DNA from: Rubripirellula sp.
GTDB lineage: Bacteria > Planctomycetota > Planctomycetia > Pirellulales > Pirellulaceae
Direction of reading: 5' to 3'
Assembly (NCBI GenBank): GCA_965216875.1
Contig: OZ244207.1
Span: 2,176,001-2,240,000, forward strand
Length of the DNA: 64,000 nucleotides
In this document: piece by piece, positions 58,287-64,000 of the stretch
How the letters are laid out: each line of letters begins with the position of its first letter
Numbering within the stretch: the first letter of the stretch is position 1
Notes under the pieces: generated by a model
What the model was told of the DNA's origin: nothing
What the model saw: the letters and a program-made list of their open reading frames with translations, nothing else
The model's database searches: none
Program-made: the position numbers and the translations under genes

Positions 58287-61286
58287 ATGTTGAACCTCGT
58301 CAAATCCGTTCCGTGGTACCGCACCAGCGTTGCTTCCACTCTCGCGCTGCTGATCCTCGTTGGCTGTGGAGGCAAAGAGGATAACGAGGTTGGTCAGTCG
58401 CCTTCGCCAGCGAAGCTTGATTCGGGCGCGGCACGCGACCCTCTCACGACAATCCGAACTCACGTAGCCTCGGGTGATCTCGAACAAGCAGCGCGGCGCG
58501 TCCGTGGCCACCTCGTCACGCATCCCGAAGACATTGAAGCCGTGATGTTGGCTGCCGAGATCGAGGTCGCTCGAACTCAATACAGTGCCGCGGCGGACCT
58601 TTATGCCTCGGTTCCCTTGGACCATCCCCATCATGGAACGACCGCGGCCCTGGCGTGCGTTCGACAGCTGGTTGCCGGTGACAGACTTTGGGATGCCAGG
58701 ACTCACGCTGACGCGGCCATCGACAAGCTGCCTAACATGACAGATTTGCGGTACGCTCGGTTTGACGCGTTGATGCACTTGGGAATGATCCGCAGCGCCG
58801 CAGCCGACGTCGACTTCATCGCGACGCGCGACATGCTCAACCGCGAAAAGCTCGAGTTGTTGGTGGGCCGCAGCCGAGTGCTGACGATGAATCATCCTGA
58901 ACTAGTCGACGCCGAAACGGGCGAAACGCTTCCGCTCGTCGCCGCATTGACGTTGGCGGTTGCACAAGCAAATCAACGGGACTACGAAAAGGCAATCACC
59001 GCTCTGAACAAAGAAAGGGAAGGGCAGTTCTCGTCATTCGAATCGGCTGGGCTCTTCGGACGCTTGCTCGTTCGCGCTGAGCGATTCGAAGAAATGGCCG
59101 AATGGCACGCGCGATGCCCCAAGGACATCGGAAAATCATCGGACTACTGGGTGGCACTCGGGGGACTTTTCAAGCGAAACCAAATCCATCTTGCCGCAGT
59201 AGGAGCGTTGCTTCGCGCGATCGCTCTGGATAACAATGACGAACAATCCTATCGATGGCTTTCCGAATCCCTCGCTGCGCTGGGCCATGATGACGCAGCA
59301 GCTCAAGCCTTGTACCGCTCTGAGAATCTCGAGAAATTCAACAACGCGTTTTCTCGATACCTCCGTAACCAAGACCATGCGGGATTTCAAAAAGAGGTCG
59401 CGCAACGTTTACGACTGCTGAACCGCCCTATCGAAGCTTGGCATTGGGATGCGGCGTTCGCTGGCAAACCCGCACAACGAGATGATCTCCTTCAACTGGT
59501 CGCAAAGGTGAGCCAGCGACGTGAGGACCCTCTGCTTGGCCTTTCCCTTGCCGACTTCCCCTACGAGGACAAGCTCGCAAGCACGCTCGGCGCGATCGCA
59601 GCCTCCTCGCAAACGGTTCGCCCCAAACATCCGGGGGTCACCGCCGAACCGGTCTTGAAAGATGTCGCGGCGCAAGTGGGACTCGACTTTTGGTATCACA
59701 ACCGCAGTGAACTCAATTTCGACTACGTTCAACTTCATGAGTCACTCGGGGGCGGCATTGGCATCCTTGATTTTGATCGCGACGGTTGGCCTGACCTCTA
59801 CCTTGCCCAAGGCTCCGCCGACCCACCCGATTTCATCGGGACCAAAAGCAATGTCTTGCTGCGAAACCTTGACGGTCGATTCATCGAAGCAACCAACAAG
59901 GCGGGAACGGCGAACCATGACTATTCGCTTGGCGTTGCAGTCGGGGACATCAACCAAGACGGTTTCCCGGATATCTACGTCGGGAACCTTGGAACGAATC
60001 AGTTGCTCATCAACAACGGTGATGGCACCTTTTCCGACGCAAGTGACCGCTTGCATGATCGATCTGGCAACATCGACCGTTCCGCGTTCTTTTCGTCATC
60101 CGTCGCGATCGCCGACATCGACGGAGATGGCGTGGTAGACCTTTTTGAAGGGAACTACATCGATTGCTCAGACACCTACGACGTGCCGAAAACGAGCGGC
60201 GGCGTGGGTCTACCCGAACCTTCACCGCTGTCACATCCAGCTCAACCCGATCGCATTTTTCGCGGCACGCGTGATGGTCGATTCATCGAATTCGTCGTCG
60301 ACTCGTCGATCACCAAGGCGGGATCGACGCTCGGAGTCGTCGTCAGCCAGTTCGACCGAAGCGGTCGCAACAAGGTCTTTATCGGCAACGACGTGCGTCC
60401 CAACCATTACCTCGGTTTCGCCGGCGGAAAGTTCGTCAATCTTTCGGCGGTCAAGGGAAACGCCAATGGCAGCGACGGTTCGCCAAAGGGTTGTATGGGC
60501 ATTGCGACAGGCGACTTTGATCGCGACGGGCGTCTCGATTTGCAAATTGCAAATTTCGAAAACGAATCAGCGAACCTCTATCTACAAAACCTCGATGGCG
60601 GTTTTCGAGATGTTGCGGCGCGATACGGACTCGACCAGCTGACGCGACCGATGGTCGGATTCGGAACCAAGGCACACGATTTTGACCGCAACGGTTGGCT
60701 CGACTTCATCATCACCAACGGCCATATCTTTGACCACAACGATCATCAGCGTCCCTTCCGAATGCCTCCGCAAGTGCTGATGAGCCGAGCCGACCAACGA
60801 GCAGGCCACGCCGGTGATTTCGGCGGCTACGAATCGGTTGCTCTGCAAGGCAACCCCTACTTCGATGGAACGTATCTAGGACGCACCATTGCGAAGATCG
60901 ATTTTGATCGCGACGGATCGATCGATTTTGTCGTCAATCACTTGGATCGAAAAGTCGCGCTGTTGAAAAACGAAACGAGCACCACAGGCAACTGGGTCCA
61001 GCTCGAACTGGTTGGAACGGAGAGCCCGGTGGATGTAACCGGCGCACAGGTTACCGTCGTCTGTAACGGCGAGGAGTTTCATGAATGGGTGACCGCTGGT
61101 GACGGCTACCTGTGCAGTGACCAGCCGCTCATCGATGTTGGACTCGGCGAGTATGACGAGATTGATCGAGTCGACGTGGCGTGGCCCAACGGGAAAGTGC
61201 AATCCTTCGACGCGATCAAAGTCGGCACGAGGGTCCTGCTGGTCGAAGGTGACGACGAAGCGTTTGAGCGCACGCTCAGTCCCTGA
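58287..61286 (+). CDS. TPR + FG-GAP/CRTAC1 (ASPIC/UnbV) lipoprotein
   Basis: LVGC lipobox, TPR-like helices, repeated DFDRDGxxD/DINQDG Ca-binding motifs, C-terminal ASPIC/UnbV (GDGYLC, VAWPNG). Start 58278 or 58287. Confidence 0.9.
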   Translation: MLNLVKSVPWYRTSVASTLALLILVGCGGKEDNEVGQSPSPAKLDSGAARDPLTTIRTHVASGDLEQAARRVRGHLVTHPEDIEAVMLAAEIEVARTQYSAAADLYASVPLDHPHHGTTAALACVRQLVAGDRLWDARTHADAAIDKLPNMTDLRYARFDALMHLGMIRSAAADVDFIATRDMLNREKLELLVGRSRVLTMNHPELVDAETGETLPLVAALTLAVAQANQRDYEKAITALNKEREGQFSSFESAGLFGRLLVRAERFEEMAEWHARCPKDIGKSSDYWVALGGLFKRNQIHLAAVGALLRAIALDNNDEQSYRWLSESLAALGHDDAAAQALYRSENLEKFNNAFSRYLRNQDHAGFQKEVAQRLRLLNRPIEAWHWDAAFAGKPAQRDDLLQLVAKVSQRREDPLLGLSLADFPYEDKLASTLGAIAASSQTVRPKHPGVTAEPVLKDVAAQVGLDFWYHNRSELNFDYVQLHESLGGGIGILDFDRDGWPDLYLAQGSADPPDFIGTKSNVLLRNLDGRFIEATNKAGTANHDYSLGVAVGDINQDGFPDIYVGNLGTNQLLINNGDGTFSDASDRLHDRSGNIDRSAFFSSSVAIADIDGDGVVDLFEGNYIDCSDTYDVPKTSGGVGLPEPSPLSHPAQPDRIFRGTRDGRFIEFVVDSSITKAGSTLGVVVSQFDRSGRNKVFIGNDVRPNHYLGFAGGKFVNLSAVKGNANGSDGSPKGCMGIATGDFDRDGRLDLQIANFENESANLYLQNLDGGFRDVAARYGLDQLTRPMVGFGTKAHDFDRNGWLDFIITNGHIFDHNDHQRPFRMPPQVLMSRADQRAGHAGDFGGYESVALQGNPYFDGTYLGRTIAKIDFDRDGSIDFVVNHLDRKVALLKNETSTTGNWVQLELVGTESPVDVTGAQVTVVCNGEEFHEWVTAGDGYLCSDQPLIDVGLGEYDEIDRVDVAWPNGKVQSFDAIKVGTRVLLVEGDDEAFERTLSP

Positions 61287-61297
61287 CTGGATCCTCG

Positions 61298-61353
61298 GTC
61301 GCCTTTCGCTCCGCGAAAGTTGCGTCCGTTCTTAGTACCGCCTACAGGCGGAA
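61298..61353. repeat. REP family E arm followed by a family C arm
   Basis: Same order and orientation as 63141-63252. Confidence 0.8.
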
Positions 61354-61412
61354 AGCCGCCGCAAGGGCTCGAGGCCTCACGGCCGGCGGCTGGGCACTGC
61401 TTGAAGTGCCGC

Positions 61413-61955
61413 TCACGATGTGCCGCAACTTCCAGAGAGCGCGCAGGACGCGCATCCGCCTGTCGAGCAACCAGCGCCTTCTTCCGTTCCGCATCCCGGT
61501 CCGCATCCTGCTTCGAGCAGCTCAGCGAACTCGCGAGTTTTCGCAACCGATTCGTATCGCTTTGTGATGTCGCGGGTGATTGCCTGAGCCGTTTCATCGA
61601 TTGGGCCAAGGAAATGCATCACGAGCGTTCCCCCGTCAAACAGATGATCAACATCAAGCAGCACCGATTTCGAACCACGATCGACCAATTCCGCTCGACA
61701 CGCTTCGACCGCATCGGCCTTGTGTCTGCACAGCCGCTTGATCAGAAGCTCATCTTCGGGAGTGACTCGCCGGAGAACACGGCAGGGGGGTGCATCGGGG
61801 CCAGTCTTGCGTGGGTCGGCGGGCCCAATGATCTCGCCTTCCTCAACACCGCGCTGCGTCCGCATAATCACTCGTTGTCCTCGCTCGAGCGGTGAGTCGC
61901 TCTGAGCACGGCGGACTTCGGAAAGGGCACCAATTCGGGCAAAAAAGAGGGGCAT
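61413..61955 (-). CDS. PSP1-domain (RicT/YaaT-like) protein with Cys-rich C-terminus
   Basis: RGQRVIMRTQRGVEEGE, LDVDHLFDG, GCGPGCGT...CASC. Confidence 0.8.
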   Translation of the reverse strand: MPLFFARIGALSEVRRAQSDSPLERGQRVIMRTQRGVEEGEIIGPADPRKTGPDAPPCRVLRRVTPEDELLIKRLCRHKADAVEACRAELVDRGSKSVLLDVDHLFDGGTLVMHFLGPIDETAQAITRDITKRYESVAKTREFAELLEAGCGPGCGTEEGAGCSTGGCASCALSGSCGTS

Positions 61956-62094
61956 CGATAGAAAAGCAATTTTGAGACGACTTGCCGAATCCGGCTACCA
62001 CGTGCAACATGGTGGTCAATTGGCTGTGAAATCGCAAACTCTATCGCCCGACAGCCACCCTGAAGGCGGAATACGGAACCCAACGCGAGTGAAC

Positions 62095-63123
62095 ATGACG
62101 ACCCAATCTTTGGAAAACCCTGCCGAGATCAATGTCGACCGGTATCAGAAAATGGCTGACAAAGTCCTGGCTGGCGAGTCGATCACCCGTGAGGAGGCGG
62201 TTTCAATCCTTGCCGCCCCCGACATCGACGTTTTGTCGATTCTTTCAGCCGGATTCCGAATTCGAAACCAACATTTCGGACGCACCGTTCAGCTCTATTT
62301 CTTGATGAACGCCAAGAGCGGTTTGTGCCCCGAAGATTGTCACTACTGCAGCCAATCGAAAGTCTCCGACGCCGAAATCCCAAAATACAACATCCTCAAA
62401 CGCGACAAGCTGATGGATGCCGCCAAATTGGCGGCCGAGCGTGGCGCGAAAACCTACTGCCTGGTGATTTCGGCTCGAGGGCCGAATGAACGGGAAATGG
62501 CAGCAGTCGAACAGATCGTGCCCGAAATCAAGCAAAAGTATGGCTTGGACATTTGTGCCTGCCTCGGGCTGTTGTCCAAGGATCAAGCCGATCGCTTGAA
62601 GGCCTGCGGCGTCGACCGGGTCAATCACAACTTGAACACCAGTGAAGACCACTACGCCGACATCTGCACAACGCACACGTACGCTGACCGAGTCCAGACC
62701 CTCCGGCACGTTCGCGACGCCGGCATGGAAATGTGCAGCGGCGGCATTATCGGAATGGGCGAAAAGCACGAAGACATCGTCTCGATGGCATTCGACCTAC
62801 AAGAGCTTGGCGTTCAATCGATTCCGCTGAACTTCTTGAATGCGATCGAAGGGACGCCGCTCGAACGCACAAGCGAACTGACTGCGAACGATTGCTTGCG
62901 AGCGTTGGCAATGTTCCGTTTTGTGAACCCTGACCGCGAGCTTCGTATTTCGGGCGGCCGAGAAATCCACTTGCGGTCCCTTCAGCCACTCGGCCTCTAT
63001 GTCGCCAACAGTCTTTTCGTCGGCGATTACCTGACAACCAAAGGCCAGGCACCGCAAGAAGATTACGACATGATTCGGGACCTCGGGTTTGAAGTCACCG
63101 GTTCGGTGTGTGAACCCGCATAG
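62095..63123 (+). CDS. bioB: Biotin synthase
   Basis: NAKSGLCPEDCHYCSQS, ICACLG, NHNLNTS, MCSGGIIGMGE, ANSLFVGDYLTT. Confidence 0.98.
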   Translation: MTTQSLENPAEINVDRYQKMADKVLAGESITREEAVSILAAPDIDVLSILSAGFRIRNQHFGRTVQLYFLMNAKSGLCPEDCHYCSQSKVSDAEIPKYNILKRDKLMDAAKLAAERGAKTYCLVISARGPNEREMAAVEQIVPEIKQKYGLDICACLGLLSKDQADRLKACGVDRVNHNLNTSEDHYADICTTHTYADRVQTLRHVRDAGMEMCSGGIIGMGEKHEDIVSMAFDLQELGVQSIPLNFLNAIEGTPLERTSELTANDCLRALAMFRFVNPDRELRISGGREIHLRSLQPLGLYVANSLFVGDYLTTKGQAPQEDYDMIRDLGFEVTGSVCEPA

Positions 63124-63140
63124 CGAATCTCCTGGCCAGA

Positions 63141-63252
63141 GTCGCCTTTCGCTCCGCGAAAGTTGCGTTCGTCGTCGCAACGTCAGCGGTTCGGCGGGAG
63201 CCTCACCCTCCCAAATGGTTGCGCCCGTTCGTAGTACCGCCTTCAGGCGGAA
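63141..63252. repeat. Repeat mosaic: family E arm, GGTTCGGCGGGAGCCTCACCCTCCC arm, family C arm
   Basis: Direct sequence matches to other intergenic copies for E and C. Confidence 0.78.
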
Positions 63253-63317
63253 TGAATACCGTCGGCTATGGCGCGAGTTGGAGTTACGGTGCCATGAGGT
63301 AGAGTGCTTGCCCAGGC

Positions 63318-63446
63318 TAACGCGCGCTCCAACAATCACCCTCCCGCTTGCGGGAGGGTCGGACGCAAAGTCCGGGGAGGGAATAATCCCCAGACCAACA
63401 AACCCTCTCCGGGCCTGAGAGCCCGACTCTCCCAAGGGAGAGTGTT
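63318..63446. repeat. Full family D ~130-bp element
   Basis: Hairpins CCCTCCCGC-TT-GCGGGAGGG and ACTCTCCC-AA-GGGAGAGT; matches 8247-8302 and 40047-40296. Confidence 0.88.
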
Positions 63447-63521
63447 AAGCGCCTTGCTGCTCATCTTTTGCAGCGCTCAGCCGCCGATGCATTACCGGCG
63501 GCGAGCGTCGTTGTTGTCACC

Positions 63522-64000
63522 CTACTTGTTGCGTCCTGCGGTGACTCCGGGCCAGTCGTCCGTTCGGAACGGCGTCAGAGGTAAACCGGCAGTGCTTTGC
63601 ACATTGCAAATGGGGTTGTCTGCCCAGGCGTACCGGACAGCCACGGGGTTGGCGACTGCGTCACTCGAAACGACGACTTGGTCAAACTTTCGGTCACCAT
63701 CCGAATCAACAAGCTTCGCGTTCGCGTTGACGAACTTGCGATCCTCGCCTGCAATCGCAAAACCGATTGGCTCACGAACATCGAAGGTGTCGAGTCCACC
63801 GCCGAGATGATCAAAGGTCAGCGTCGCGCGGCTGCCTTTGACTTCCATCGACTTGTAGGCGGGACTGCGGTACGGGATCTCGTAGCCGTATTGATTGGCC
63901 AATGCCCAACGAGCCAAGCGTTTCGCAACGTCTTGCTTGTTCTTTGGATGAATATCGGCTGCTTCGCCGAGGTTCAAAATGACCGCTTCGCCTGTATTGG
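63522..64000 (-). CDS. Sialate O-acetylesterase-like (SASA/SGNH) protein, C-terminal part; begins beyond the window
   Basis: [42 protein letters not shown]. Confidence 0.9.
   Translation of the reverse strand, partial: NTGEAVILNLGEAADIHPKNKQDVAKRLARWALANQYGYEIPYRSPAYKSMEVKGSRATLTFDHLGGGLDTFDVREPIGFAIAGEDRKFVNANAKLVDSDGDRKFDQVVVSSDAVANPVAVRYAWADNPICNVQSTAGLPLTPFRTDDWPGVTAGRNK

Noticed and set aside
62797..63810. ORFs 62797-63435, 63089-63418 and 63304-63810, and similar short ORFs at 8173-8385 and 40058-40297 sharing PSPDFASDPP-like text
   Set aside because: The shared peptide comes from translating the family D DNA repeat, not from real genes.

Overview
Bacterial chromosomal DNA, almost certainly from a planctomycete of the Pirellulaceae/Rhodopirellula type. 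The evidence is a DUF1501 plus PSD1/PSCyt cytochrome pair, several PQQ-like beta-propeller proteins, a TPR/FG-GAP/ASPIC protein, NPY-motif membrane proteins and many intergenic REP-like repeats. About 45 CDS are supported, including the core rpsB-tsf-pyrH-frr cluster, bioB, an ECF sigma/vWA pair, an MscK-like channel, a sigma54 two-component system with DegP, peptidases (M3, M32) and phosphatases. I recognised no rRNA, tRNA, CRISPR array, transposase or prophage. Main candidates for novelty: (1) a cysteine-rich secreted cluster at 8550-12105, in which an orphan PhnD-like binding protein ends on an A9-G-TAG (A_AAA_AAG) slippery site and a start-less PQQ-type propeller continues in the -1 frame, suggesting programmed frameshifting or transcriptional slippage (a homopolymer error cannot be excluded); (2) a coupled RaSEA-like radical SAM plus flavin-dependent halogenase-like pair, followed by a propeller-esterase fusion that appears catalytically dead; (3) an untracked 57-aa Cys-rich microprotein; (4) matching sigma54 promoters and enhancer-like palindromes linking the two-component system to degP; (5) at least seven distinct REP/REPIN-like repeat families, some in composite arrays. 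All functional calls come from motif recognition by eye, with no database searches.
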